Of a stretch of DNA of 49,585 nucleotides, positions 21,049-30,704 are shown one piece after another (position 1 is the first letter of the stretch; every line of letters begins with the position of its first letter). A model generated the notes under the pieces. That model saw only the letters and a list, made by a program, of their open reading frames with translations. It ran no database searches and was not told the DNA's origin. Source of the stretch: Betaproteobacteria bacterium (GTDB taxonomy: Bacteria > Pseudomonadota > Gammaproteobacteria > Burkholderiales > SG8-39). The stretch covers positions 1-49,585 of the forward strand of contig JAAOZY010000044.1 in assembly GCA_012274205.1 (NCBI GenBank). The letters run 5' to 3'. The position numbers were made by a program, and so were the translations under genes.

Positions 21049-21078
21049 AAAAAAAACCCCGGGTTGGAGCCCGGGGTT
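21049..21078 (-). terminator. Rho-independent terminator of the phasin transcript
   Basis: AACCCCGGG/CCCGGGGTT stem followed by a U-run on the minus strand. Confidence 0.85.
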
Positions 21079-21145
21079 CAGGGTGCCCCGGGTCTGGCCC
21101 GGGGCCGCCGACAGTCTAGGAGGAGGAGGAGAGCAGTCGGCGTTT
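21049..21145 (-). ncRNA. Candidate 3'-UTR-derived sRNA with CUCCU-repeat loop
   Basis: Stem CGCCGAC/GTCGGCG encloses CUCUCCUCCUCCUCCU; second GC hairpin and terminator follow. Confidence 0.5.
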
Positions 21146-21161
21146 TCTTTGAAAAGAAAGC

Positions 21162-21704
21162 TTAAGCCGCTTTCTTTTTCGAGGCTTGCTTCACCACGTT
21201 CGCGGTGGCGGCGGTCACATTGGCTTCGGCCATGTCGGTCGCTTGCTTGACCACTTTGGTGAAGCTGTCGTAAGCGGAGTTGGCGGCTGCCATGGCGGAC
21301 TTGACCGCGGCCACTGCAACGTCCGAACCGGCGGGCGCGTTCTTGGTCAGCTTGTCCATCAGTGTCACGACGGTCTTGTTCATTTCCGCAGCTTGCGCTT
21401 CAGCCAGCTTGGTGACTTCGGCCTGGGTCTGGGTCGCGACTTCGTACACATTGCGCGAGTAGCTGATCGCTTTTTCCAGGGCCGGCTGGGCCGAGGTGGC
21501 GCTCAGGTTGACAAATTCTTGCGCGTCCTTGACCGACAGCAGCGCTTTGGCTTGGCTGACGCTGTCTTCAAACGCGGCCTTGGTGGTGTTGAAGTTCAGC
21601 GCCGACAGGCGTTCGAATGCGGCAAACTGGGCTTGGGCGATGCTGAACAGCGCGTCTACGCTGGCTTTGTTGGCGGCAGCAAATTGCTCGGGGGTGGCGT
21701 ACAT
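21162..21704 (-). CDS. phaP: Phasin (PHA granule protein)
   Basis: MYATPEQFAAANKA, KNAPAGSDVAVAAVKSA, Lys/Ala tail; GGAG RBS. Confidence 0.93.
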   Translation of the reverse strand: MYATPEQFAAANKASVDALFSIAQAQFAAFERLSALNFNTTKAAFEDSVSQAKALLSVKDAQEFVNLSATSAQPALEKAISYSRNVYEVATQTQAEVTKLAEAQAAEMNKTVVTLMDKLTKNAPAGSDVAVAAVKSAMAAANSAYDSFTKVVKQATDMAEANVTAATANVVKQASKKKAA

Positions 21705-21778
21705 GGTCAATCTCCAATTAGGTTACGAAAGGGTCCAGCAAACTTGGGGTGCAATCGCTTTCGGAAATTCAAAAATAT

Positions 21779-21868
21779 TGCACTGCAACAATTTGAATTC
21801 TACACCCAACTACCTGCCTGTCAAGTATTTTTTAAGAAAGACTGCTAAGTTAATGATGTGTTGCACAA
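21779..21868. promoter_or_regulatory. Possible PhaR boxes upstream of phaP
   Basis: TGCACTGCA (21779) and TGTGTTGCA (~21856) in an AT-rich promoter region. Confidence 0.45.
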
Positions 21869-22124
21869 ATACTAGTAAAATCATCACCTTAGCCAGTTGC
21901 AACGCGTGCCCGCGCCGCCATGTTAATAAATAATCAATATAGAACATATGGTTATATAGAAGCAGCGGTAATGGGCCGGACGGAAGGTTAGCAGGGGCTC
22001 ACTTCTGCTGCGACATACGGACTGCCAAAACGACCGACGCGTGCCCGGCTTGCTATACTGCGCAGCTTTTCCGCCGCACACATGGCTGCAACCACCCTTC
22101 CCCTGCCGCGCACCAGTCTCAGCC

Positions 22125-23015
22125 ATGCCCGCAGTTGAGAGCAATGCGGCGCGGCTGTGGCTGCGCTCCATGCCCGGGCTGTTCGTGCTGCTGTGGAGCA
22201 CCGGCTTCGTCAGCGCCAAGTACGGCCTGCCCTACGCCGAGCCTTTGACTTTTCTGCTGCTGCGTTTCGCCCTGCTGCTGGCCTTGATGCTGCCGCTGGC
22301 GCTGGCGATGCGCGCATCCTGGCCGCGCAGCCCGGCGCAGATCGGCCATGTCGCGCTGGTCGGCGTGCTGATGCAGGGTGGTTATCTGGGCGGCGTGTTC
22401 TGCTCCATTCATCTGGGCATGTCTGCGGGCGTGAGCGCGCTGATCGTCGGCGTGCAGCCGATCCTGACCGCCTTTGCCAGCGCGCCCCTGTTCGGAGAAA
22501 AGTTGCGCGCCCGGCAATGGTCAGGCCTGGTGCTCGGCTTCGCCGGCGTGCTGCTGGTGGTGACCGGGCGTTCGGCGCTGTCGGGGATCACGCCGGCGAC
22601 GCTCGCCTTGTCGCTGCTCGCGCTGCTGTCGATTACCGCCGGCACGCTGTACCAGAAACGCTATTGCGGCGCGGTGGATCTGCGCACCGGTTCGGTGATT
22701 CAATTCGCCGCCGCCGCCGTAGTGGTGTTGCCGCTCGCGCTGACATTCGAGACCATGCGCGTGCACTGGAGCCTCGAATTCATCTGCACCCTGCTGTGGC
22801 TGGTGATGGTGCTGTCGATAGGGGCGATTTCCCTGCTGTATGTGCTCATACGCAAGGGCGCCGCAACCAGGGTGGCGAGCCTGTTCTACCTGGTCCCGCC
22901 CGCCACGGCGCTGATGGCCTATGCCATGTTCGGCGAAACGCTCAGTCCGGTGGCGATGGCCGGGATGCTGATGGCTGCCGCCGGTGTGGCGCTGGTGGTC
23001 TACCGGCGCCAGTAG
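22125..23015 (+). CDS. DMT/EamA transporter
   Basis: LWSTGF, PLTFLLLRF, GTLYQKR, SLFYLVPP; ~10 TM. Confidence 0.92.
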   Translation: MPAVESNAARLWLRSMPGLFVLLWSTGFVSAKYGLPYAEPLTFLLLRFALLLALMLPLALAMRASWPRSPAQIGHVALVGVLMQGGYLGGVFCSIHLGMSAGVSALIVGVQPILTAFASAPLFGEKLRARQWSGLVLGFAGVLLVVTGRSALSGITPATLALSLLALLSITAGTLYQKRYCGAVDLRTGSVIQFAAAAVVVLPLALTFETMRVHWSLEFICTLLWLVMVLSIGAISLLYVLIRKGAATRVASLFYLVPPATALMAYAMFGETLSPVAMAGMLMAAAGVALVVYRRQ

Positions 23016-23527
23016 AAGCCGCCGTAGGGACGGAACGGATAGGGCCAGCCGTACCCCGGGTAGCCCGGCCACCAGGGGTCGTAGTTGTAGCTGCGCTGCT
23101 GTTCCTGCTCGCGCTGCTGCTTTAGTTCTTCGGCATGGCGCTGTTCGCGCTGATTGATTTCGTCCACCAGCGAAGCGCGCAATTCCTGTTCGCGCGCGCT
23201 CTGGATGTAATCGAGCACTTGCGTGCTGACGCCCTGGTCGTGCAGCTCGATGAGTTGCGCCGCGCTGAGTGCGTAGCTCGAACCGGTTTGCCTGATTTTC
23301 GCGATGATGTCCTGCGGCGCCGCGCCCTCCTGCGACAGGCGCGCGAGCTCCGCCGGCGGCAACTTGGGCTCGGGCTTGGGTAGCAGGCGCGCGAGCGCCT
23401 CCGGCGTCAGCCGCGCAATGGCAGCGCCGCCCGGCGGCGCGGATGTGGTGGCGCAAGCGCTCAGGGCCAGGGCCAGGGCCAGGAACAGGAACAGGATGGG
23501 GGTGCGGCGCAACATGATCATTTTCAT
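23000..23527 (-). CDS. Hypothetical lipoprotein
   Basis: Lipobox LSA-C; helical core; Pro/Tyr/Gly/Trp-rich C-terminus. Confidence 0.75.
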   Translation of the reverse strand: MKMIMLRRTPILFLFLALALALSACATTSAPPGGAAIARLTPEALARLLPKPEPKLPPAELARLSQEGAAPQDIIAKIRQTGSSYALSAAQLIELHDQGVSTQVLDYIQSAREQELRASLVDEINQREQRHAEELKQQREQEQQRSYNYDPWWPGYPGYGWPYPFRPYGGFYWRR

Positions 23528-23607
23528 TTTAGACCATCACGCCGCTATTTAAGTGCGCCGCGGCGCGCCGCGGGCGCGCGTGCATCGCATCAGGCTTTTC
23601 ACAATCG

Positions 23608-25422
23608 TTAGCCGTTTCCCGCCTGCTTGGCGTTGTACATGGCGGCGTCGGCCGAATTGACCAGCATGTCGGCATCGCAGCCGTCCGCCGGATAGATCGC
23701 AATGCCGATGCTGGACCCGATCTGGACGTTGCGTCCATGCGGGCCGATGAGGAACGGCGCGGCAATCGCGGTAACGATCTTCTTCGCGACGATTTCCGCT
23801 TCGTCGCCCCTGGCGATGTGGGGCAGGATTACCGTGAATTCATCGCCGCCGACGCGCGCCACCGTGTCGGATTCGCGCACCTGGCCCCGGATTCGCGCAG
23901 CCACCGCGCGCAGCATCTCGTCGCCCGCGGCGTGCCCCAGGCTGTCATTCACCGGCTTGAATTTATCCAGATCCAGGTACAGCAGGGCGAACTGGCGCGA
24001 GTCGCGTTTGGCCAGGCTGAGCGCCTGCTGCAACCGGTCGTTGAACAACAGGCGGTTGGGCAGTCCGGTGAGGCTGTCGTGGTGCGCGACGCGCTGGATG
24101 CGCTCCTCCGCCAGCTTGTGTTCGGTGATGTCGGTGATCACCGCGAACAGACCCAGCACCTCGCCCCGGTCGCCGACATGGGGCAACAGCTTGACCTCGA
24201 GATGGCGCGCTTCGCCGTTCGGGAGCGTGCGCGTTCTCCGGTAGGTGACCGGATGTCCCTGCATGGCGCGCATGAAATTGCCTTCGACCTCGCGGTGGGC
24301 TTCTTCCCCGATCACTTCGCGCAGGTGCTTGCCGATGATGTTCTCGACGCTAAAGCCGAAGAATTCCACGAATTGCTTGTTGACCGAGCGGTAGCGCAGG
24401 TTCTCGTCGAAAGCGGCCGTCATGACCGGAACGTTGTCGGCAAAAACGCGCAGTCTTTCCGCGGTATCGCGCAGATCCTGCTCGGCGCGCTTGCGCGCGG
24501 TGATGTCGGTGCCGATGCCGCGATAGCCCTTGAACGCGCCGGATTCGTCGAACACGGGGTCGCCGCTGATCGACAGATGGCGCGCGGGAGCGTCGCTGCC
24601 GACGCGCGAAAATTCGAAGCTGCGGAAGGACCGGTGCGCTTCGAGCGCCTCGCGGTGGGCCTGCCAGCCCGCATCGTCCGGCGAAAGATACGGTACCTCC
24701 CAGCGGCGCTGGCCGATCTGCGGCGTTTGCGCGAGGTCCGGCACGCCGCTCGCCGTGCCGCCCGAGCCGATCAGCGTGAGCCGGTGTTCGGCGTCGCTCT
24801 CCCAGTAGAAGTCGGAGGACATCTCGGTCAGGCTGCGAAACCGCGCCTCGCTGTTGCGCAGCCTGCGTCGCAGCGTATTGATCTGGCCGCCGATGATGGC
24901 GAAGCCGGGCAGCAATCCGGCAAGCATCAGCCAGCTCAGCCATTCGAGGGGCACCTCCTGAATGGCCTGCGGCCGCCGGTACATCAGCAGGTCGATAACC
25001 AGTGCGTAGGCCGCCAGCGTGTACAGCGTGACCAGCGTGAATTCGCGCGTGTCCAGGCGAAATACGCCAAAAAGGAAAATGATGAAACAGCCGAACAGCG
25101 CGATGTTGCGGCCGAATTCCATGTGGTAAATGGTGAACATCAGCAGCGTGACTGCCGCAAGCATTTGCAGCTTCGTAAGGCTGGGGTCGCTGAAGCGCAG
25201 ATTGAAGCCGGAACGGAATGTCGCGTACAGCGCGACATTGATCGCGACAAAGGCGGCCGTGGTAAGGAGCACGGCCGCCGCCGGCAGCGCGCCGAACGCC
25301 CAAGCGATCGCCACCAGCGTTGCGCCGAGCAGATAGTTCAGCGCGGCGAGGCCGAACCGGCGCAGGCGCAGCGCCTGTTTCGGGTCGAGTGAGGGGGGGA
25401 TCAGAAAGGCGGCCAGTTTCAT
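23608..25422 (-). CDS. Membrane diguanylate cyclase (SadC-like TM region, 2 PAS, GGDEF)
   Basis: FSDPSLT TM region; two PAS/PAC (DITARK, DITEHK); intact GGDEF with RESD I-site. Confidence 0.92.
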   Translation of the reverse strand: MKLAAFLIPPSLDPKQALRLRRFGLAALNYLLGATLVAIAWAFGALPAAAVLLTTAAFVAINVALYATFRSGFNLRFSDPSLTKLQMLAAVTLLMFTIYHMEFGRNIALFGCFIIFLFGVFRLDTREFTLVTLYTLAAYALVIDLLMYRRPQAIQEVPLEWLSWLMLAGLLPGFAIIGGQINTLRRRLRNSEARFRSLTEMSSDFYWESDAEHRLTLIGSGGTASGVPDLAQTPQIGQRRWEVPYLSPDDAGWQAHREALEAHRSFRSFEFSRVGSDAPARHLSISGDPVFDESGAFKGYRGIGTDITARKRAEQDLRDTAERLRVFADNVPVMTAAFDENLRYRSVNKQFVEFFGFSVENIIGKHLREVIGEEAHREVEGNFMRAMQGHPVTYRRTRTLPNGEARHLEVKLLPHVGDRGEVLGLFAVITDITEHKLAEERIQRVAHHDSLTGLPNRLLFNDRLQQALSLAKRDSRQFALLYLDLDKFKPVNDSLGHAAGDEMLRAVAARIRGQVRESDTVARVGGDEFTVILPHIARGDEAEIVAKKIVTAIAAPFLIGPHGRNVQIGSSIGIAIYPADGCDADMLVNSADAAMYNAKQAGNG

Positions 25423-25669
25423 GCTCTCGTCTTGTGGCATTGGTGCGGATTGGGAAGCACAGGCAATTCGCGACGAAAGATCCGTGGCCGCTTGCGATTC
25501 GCCGGCCGCTCGTCTGCCGCACGTCGAATGTAAGTCCAAGAAATTATTACATAATCATGACCGTCGCAAAGCGAAGCCAAACGGATTTCACAATATTTAA
25601 AGATTGGCCTGCCCATGGTTTCGGCGGTGCCCTGCGCCGGACCTGAATGCCGAAGCTGCGTCCAGGACA

Positions 25670-25717
25670 TTGACCGGCGCGTGAAAAGCCGCTATAAAGC
25701 AAACAGTCGTTTGTTTT
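25670..25717 (+). promoter_or_regulatory. Sigma70 promoter with overlapping TetR-type operator
   Basis: TTGACC-N17-TATAAA; palindrome AAAGCAAAC-AGTC-GTTTGTTTT (25696-25717). Confidence 0.7.
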
Positions 25718-25735
25718 TCTTACGGTCCGGAAACG

Positions 25736-26320
25736 ATGTCCCAAACCCTACGCGCGCCGCGCAGCGACAACCGCCTGCCGCAGGTCCTGGACGAGGCGGC
25801 ACGGCTGTTTCGCGAGAAAGGCTATGCCGCAACTTCGATGCGCGACATCGCGGCCGCGGTCGACATGCTGCCCGGCTCGCTCTACTACCACTTTGCCGCC
25901 AAGGAAGATCTGCTGGTGGCGGTGTACGAACAGGGCGTGCGCCTGATCACGGAAAAAGTGCGTGCCGCCGTCGCCCGGCACGAGGAGCCCTGGCAGCGGC
26001 TCGAGGCCGCCGCCGTCGCGCACCTGGAGGCGCTGCTCAAGACCGGCGATTACGCGCTGGTGGTGATCCGGGTGCTGCCGCAGGACGTGCCCAAGGCGGC
26101 GGCGCGCCTGGTGAAGCTGCGCGACGGTTACGACACCCTGTTCGCGGAGCTGGTGGCGGCGCTGCCGCTGCCGCCGGAGACCGACCGCCAGAGTTTGCGC
26201 CTGCTGCTGCTGGGCGCGCTCAACTGGAGCCAGCACTGGTTTCGCGACAGCGGCAGACATTCCCCGCGCGCGATTGCGCGCAGTTTTCTCAGATTGTTGC
26301 GCGAGGCGCAGAAACCCTGA
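25736..26320 (+). CDS. TetR/AcrR family regulator
   Basis: LFREKGYAATSMRDIA...GSLYYHF..KEDL. Confidence 0.95.
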   Translation: MSQTLRAPRSDNRLPQVLDEAARLFREKGYAATSMRDIAAAVDMLPGSLYYHFAAKEDLLVAVYEQGVRLITEKVRAAVARHEEPWQRLEAAAVAHLEALLKTGDYALVVIRVLPQDVPKAAARLVKLRDGYDTLFAELVAALPLPPETDRQSLRLLLLGALNWSQHWFRDSGRHSPRAIARSFLRLLREAQKP

Positions 26321-26351
26321 ATATCCGCCAACGTTGCAGAGGCAATTCGTC

Positions 26352-26765
26352 ATGACTAAGCACGCACCCAAGGTACTGGTCACCAAAATCGGACTCGATG
26401 GACACGATCGCGGCAGCCGCGTGGTCGCGTCCTTCCTGCGCGACGCCGGCATGGAGGTGGTGTATACGCCGCCGTGGCAGGACATCCCCACGGTGGTCAA
26501 GCTGGCGATGGAGGAAGACGTCGACGTGATCGGCGTGTCCTCGCTCGCGACCGACCACCTGATCGTACCCAAGCTGATGCAGGCGCTGCGCGCCGCCGGG
26601 CTCGAGGACATCGCCGTCGTCGTCGGTGGCATCGTGCCCGACGCGGACGAAGCGGTGCTGCTCGAAGCCGGCGTGGCCCGGGTATTCCACCCGGGCAGCG
26701 CGCTCGAAGACATCGCGGCCGAGATCGGGCGGCTTACGCAACAACGGCGCGAAGTCCGTATTTGA
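26352..26765 (+). CDS. Acyl-CoA mutase small, cobalamin-binding subunit
   Basis: GLDGHDRG (DxHxxG), GVSSL, VGGIVP. Confidence 0.95.
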   Translation: MTKHAPKVLVTKIGLDGHDRGSRVVASFLRDAGMEVVYTPPWQDIPTVVKLAMEEDVDVIGVSSLATDHLIVPKLMQALRAAGLEDIAVVVGGIVPDADEAVLLEAGVARVFHPGSALEDIAAEIGRLTQQRREVRI

Positions 26766-26784
26766 TCGACAGGGAGGAATACGC

Positions 26785-28464
26785 ATGAACAAACCACTGG
26801 ATGCGGCGAAACTCGCCGAGCGCGAGACCGGAGCGGAGCAATGGCAGCGCGAATACGCGGACGGCGCGGCGGGCGACAAGACCCTGCGCAACCGTTCCGG
26901 CGTCGAGGTGAAGCCTCTTTACACGCCGCAGGACTGGAACGGCGACCATGCCGACGCGCTCGGCTACCCGGGCCAGCCGCCCTATACGCGCGGCATCTAT
27001 GCCAGCATGCACCGCGGCCGCAGCTGGAGCCAGCGCCAGCTGATCGGTTTGGGCACGCCGGCGGACTACAACGCGCGCCTGCTCGAAATGATCGCCCAAG
27101 GCACCAGCGCGGTATCGCTGATACCGTGCAACTCGGTGTTCCGCGGCTACGACATGGACGAAGTGCATGCGGAGCTGCTGGGCACCTGCGGCGTGGTCGC
27201 GAATACGGCGCAGCACATGGATCAGTGCCTCGCCGGCGTCGATCTTGCGCGCACCTCCTGCGCCATGAACGACCCGTCGCCGTTCACCCTGCTCGCATTC
27301 ATGCTGGCGACGGCGAAACGGCGCGGCGTCGACTGGCGCTCGATCAGCGGCACCTCGAACCAGAGCGACTACCTCAGCCACTATGTCGCCAACCACATGT
27401 TTTTTCGCATCGCGCTGCCCGGCGCGCGCCGCATCCTCACCGATCACATCGAGTTCTGCGGCCAGCACCTGCCGCGCTGGAATCCGCTGTCGGTGGTGGG
27501 GCAGCACATGCAGCAGGCCGGCGCCACGCCGGCCGAGGCCATGGCGTTCACGCTGTCCTCGGCGATCCAGTATGCCGATGACTGCAGCGCGCGCGGCATG
27601 GACCCCGATGCGTTCCTGCCGCGCTTCACTTTTTTCTTCGACATCTCGGTCAGCCTGTTCGAGGAGATCGCCAAGTTTCGCGCCGGCCGGCGCATCTGGG
27701 CGCGCCTTGCGCGCGAGCGCCTGGGTGCGCGCGATCCGCGCTCCTGGCGCTTCAAGTTCCACGGCCAGACTTCGGGCGCGGACCTCACGCGGGCGCAGCC
27801 GCTCAACAACATCGCGCGCGTCACGGTGCAGGCGATCGCCGGCATCCTCGGCGGGCTGCAGTCGCTGCATACCGACGCCTACGACGAGGCGCTGTCCTGC
27901 CCGACCGAATTCGGTGCGCGCATCGCGGTGAACACGCAGAACATCCTGCGCGAGGAGGCGCGCCTCACCGACGTGATCGATCCACTCGGCGGCAGCTACT
28001 ACATCGAGTCGCTCACCGACGAAATGGAGCGCAGGATTCTCGCCGTCATGGCCGAGGTCGAGGCGGCGGGCGGCATGTACGCCGCGGTGGAGCAGGGGCT
28101 GGTGCAGAAGAAAATCGGCGCCTCGGCGCGCGCGTTCCAGGAGAAGGTCGAGTCGGGCGAGCAGACCGTGGTCGGGGTCAATGCCTACCGGGTGGAGGAG
28201 GGCCGCGGCGAGCGCCAGGCGCTGGCCACGCCGGATCCGGCGAACATGCAGGCGCACATCGCCGCGTTCAGGGCGTACAAGGAGGCGCGCTCGCAGGCGG
28301 CGGTGCAGCGCGCACTCGACCGCCTCGCCGCTTCCTGCGGCGACCCGCAGCAGAATATTTTCGCGCGCGTGGTCGAGGCGGCCGAAGCCGGCTGCACCCA
28401 CGGCGAAATCTGCGCCACGCTGCGGCGCGAACTGGGCTTCGGCCAGCCGCTGGTGATGGTCTGA
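26785..28464 (+). CDS. Acyl-CoA mutase large subunit, pivalyl-CoA mutase-like
   Basis: [27 protein letters not shown]; specificity positions Leu86 (RQLIG) and Asn203 (YVANH). Confidence 0.85.
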   Translation: MNKPLDAAKLAERETGAEQWQREYADGAAGDKTLRNRSGVEVKPLYTPQDWNGDHADALGYPGQPPYTRGIYASMHRGRSWSQRQLIGLGTPADYNARLLEMIAQGTSAVSLIPCNSVFRGYDMDEVHAELLGTCGVVANTAQHMDQCLAGVDLARTSCAMNDPSPFTLLAFMLATAKRRGVDWRSISGTSNQSDYLSHYVANHMFFRIALPGARRILTDHIEFCGQHLPRWNPLSVVGQHMQQAGATPAEAMAFTLSSAIQYADDCSARGMDPDAFLPRFTFFFDISVSLFEEIAKFRAGRRIWARLARERLGARDPRSWRFKFHGQTSGADLTRAQPLNNIARVTVQAIAGILGGLQSLHTDAYDEALSCPTEFGARIAVNTQNILREEARLTDVIDPLGGSYYIESLTDEMERRILAVMAEVEAAGGMYAAVEQGLVQKKIGASARAFQEKVESGEQTVVGVNAYRVEEGRGERQALATPDPANMQAHIAAFRAYKEARSQAAVQRALDRLAASCGDPQQNIFARVVEAAEAGCTHGEICATLRRELGFGQPLVMV

Positions 28465-28486
28465 GCGCAGGCCGGGGCGAACCGGC

Positions 28487-29440
28487 ATGAACGCCGAGTC
28501 CAGTGCGAGCCCCTGCGCCGCAATCCTCGCCGGTGACCGGCGCGCGCTGGCGCGCGCGATGTCGGCGGTGGAGAATGAGACCGATGCGGGCAAGGCGCTG
28601 CTGCGCGAGCTGCAGCCGCAGCTTGGGCGCGCGCGCGTGCTCGGCATCACCGGCCCGCCCGGCGCCGGCAAGTCGACGCTGGTCAATGCGCTGATCGGCG
28701 CCTGGCTCGCGCGCGGCGCCAGCGTGGGCGTGGTCGCGGTCGATCCGTCCAGTCCTTTTTCCGGCGGCGCCATTCTCGGCGACCGCATTCGCATGGGCGA
28801 GCACCAGGCGCATGAGCGCGTGTTCATCCGCTCGCTCGCCTCGCGCGGGCACGGCGGCGGCCTGTCGCGCACCGCCGCGCGGATAGTGGACCTGCTCGAT
28901 GCCGCCGGCTACCAGCAGATCATCGTCGAGACCGTGGGCGCGGGCCAGTCCGAGGTCGAAGTGGCCGAGGTCGCGGACACGCGCATCGTGGTGTGCCCGC
29001 CCGGCCTCGGCGACGAAGTGCAGGCACTCAAGGCCGGCATACTCGAGATCGCCGACATCCTGGTGGTGAACAAGGCCGACCTGCCGCAGGCCGAGCGCAC
29101 CGAGCGCGAATTGCTCGCCATGCTGTCGCTGCATCGCTACGCGGACTGGACGCCGCAGGTGCTGCGCACCGTCGCCACCAGCGGCGCGGGCGTGTCCGAA
29201 CTGGCCGATGTCATCGAGCGCCACGCGGCGGCCTGCGCCGGCGCGCGCCGTTCGCATGGCGGGCGCGTGCGCCGCCTGATCGCCGCCAGCGCCGCCGACT
29301 GGGTGAAGCGGCGCATCGAGAACCTGGCCAGCGCCGAATTCGATCAGCTGTGCATGCTGGTGCGCAGCGGCGAGCTCGATTACGCCAGCGCCGACCGGCG
29401 TGCGCTGCAGCTTGCGCTGCATCCCGAGAACAAGGCTTGA
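28487..29440 (+). CDS. meaB: MeaB/ArgK GTPase chaperone of B12 mutases
   Basis: GPPGAGKST, AVDPSSPFSGGAILGDRIRM, ETVGAGQSE, NKAD. Confidence 0.95.
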   Translation: MNAESSASPCAAILAGDRRALARAMSAVENETDAGKALLRELQPQLGRARVLGITGPPGAGKSTLVNALIGAWLARGASVGVVAVDPSSPFSGGAILGDRIRMGEHQAHERVFIRSLASRGHGGGLSRTAARIVDLLDAAGYQQIIVETVGAGQSEVEVAEVADTRIVVCPPGLGDEVQALKAGILEIADILVVNKADLPQAERTERELLAMLSLHRYADWTPQVLRTVATSGAGVSELADVIERHAAACAGARRSHGGRVRRLIAASAADWVKRRIENLASAEFDQLCMLVRSGELDYASADRRALQLALHPENKA

Positions 29441-30351
29441 AACCGCCGCAGCGCCGCGGTTTTCCCGCGGGCATCCTGTGGGTGCTGGCCGCGCTCACGC
29501 TGGGCTGGGGCTTCAACTGGCCGATGATCAAGCTCGCGCTGAGCGAGCTGCCGGTGCTGAGTTTCCGCAGCGTGTGCCTGCTCGGCGGCGCCGCCGGCCT
29601 GTTCGCCATCGCCGCCTGGAAGCGCCTGCCGCTGCGCGTGCCGCGCGGGCAGTGGCGCCGGCTGCTGCCGATCACGCTGTTCAACATCACCGTGTGGAAC
29701 CTGTGCGTCACCTACGGCATCCGCCACATGCCCTCGGGCCGCGCCGCCATCCTCGCCTACACCATGCCGCTGTGGAGCGTGCCCCTGTCGGCGTGGCTGC
29801 TGGGCGAGCGCATCAGCGCGCGCCGCATCGTCGGCGTCGGCCTCGGCATGCTCGCCATGCTGCTGCTGCTTTCGAGCGAACTGCGCGCGGTGCAGGCGGC
29901 GCCCGTAGGCACCCTGCTGATACTGGGCGGCGCACTCAGCTGGGCGCTGGGCACGGTGCTGATGAAACGCTACCCGGTCGACCTGCCGGTCACCGCGCTC
30001 ACCGCCTGGCAGCTGCTGCTCGGCGGCATTCCGCTCTATGCCGGCGCGCTGGCGTTCGACCTGGACCGTCTGCATCCGCTGACGCTGTGGCCGGCGGTCG
30101 CATTCGCCTACAACGTCATCGTCGCGTTCGTCTTCTGCTACTGGGCCTGGTTCAAAATCGTTGCGTCGGTGCCGGTGGGCGTGTCTTCGCTTGCGGTCCT
30201 GATGATCCCGGTGGTGGGCGTGTTCAGCGGCATGCTGGTGCTGTCCGAAACGCCGCACTGGCAGGACTATGTGGCGCTGGCGCTGGTGCTGGCGGCGCTG
30301 GCCACGGTGATGCTGCCGCCGGGTTCGGTGCGCGCGCTCATCAAAAGATAG
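29437..30351 (+). CDS. DMT/EamA transporter
   Basis: WGFNWP, AYTMPLW, AWQLLLGG; TTG start overlapping the meaB stop (start uncertain). Confidence 0.88.
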   Translation: MKPPQRRGFPAGILWVLAALTLGWGFNWPMIKLALSELPVLSFRSVCLLGGAAGLFAIAAWKRLPLRVPRGQWRRLLPITLFNITVWNLCVTYGIRHMPSGRAAILAYTMPLWSVPLSAWLLGERISARRIVGVGLGMLAMLLLLSSELRAVQAAPVGTLLILGGALSWALGTVLMKRYPVDLPVTALTAWQLLLGGIPLYAGALAFDLDRLHPLTLWPAVAFAYNVIVAFVFCYWAWFKIVASVPVGVSSLAVLMIPVVGVFSGMLVLSETPHWQDYVALALVLAALATVMLPPGSVRALIKR

Positions 30352-30704
30352 CCGGCGGCGATTGCGCTGCTAGCAAGTGTTTTCGTCCAGTACGGCGACC
30401 ACATCGTTTTGCGCTGCATCAGCGTGCGAGTCCGAGCCCGAGTCAGTCGAGCGACGGACGCTACGCCGGGTCTGAGCGCCCCCTCACATCGCTCCAATCG
30501 CCTGCTTGCTTGAGGCCAGAGTATTTGAGCAAGATCAACAGTCTTGTAGAAGCCTTCTGGTAGAAACGTATGGCCGGTGCGTTCGCGAAGGCATGCGATG
30601 CGAATCCCTTGGCAGGCGGATCCCGTGTTGCCCGCCGGATTGATCTTCCCATCGCGCTGGAGGCTTTCCAGGCGAGGATCTCGATACGCAAAAGGAGCAG
30701 GAAA

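Noticed and set aside
30352..30704. Cobalamin riboswitch or ncRNA in the gap after the mutase operon
   Set aside because: No recognisable B12-box or convincing conserved stems by eye; an Infernal search would be decisive.
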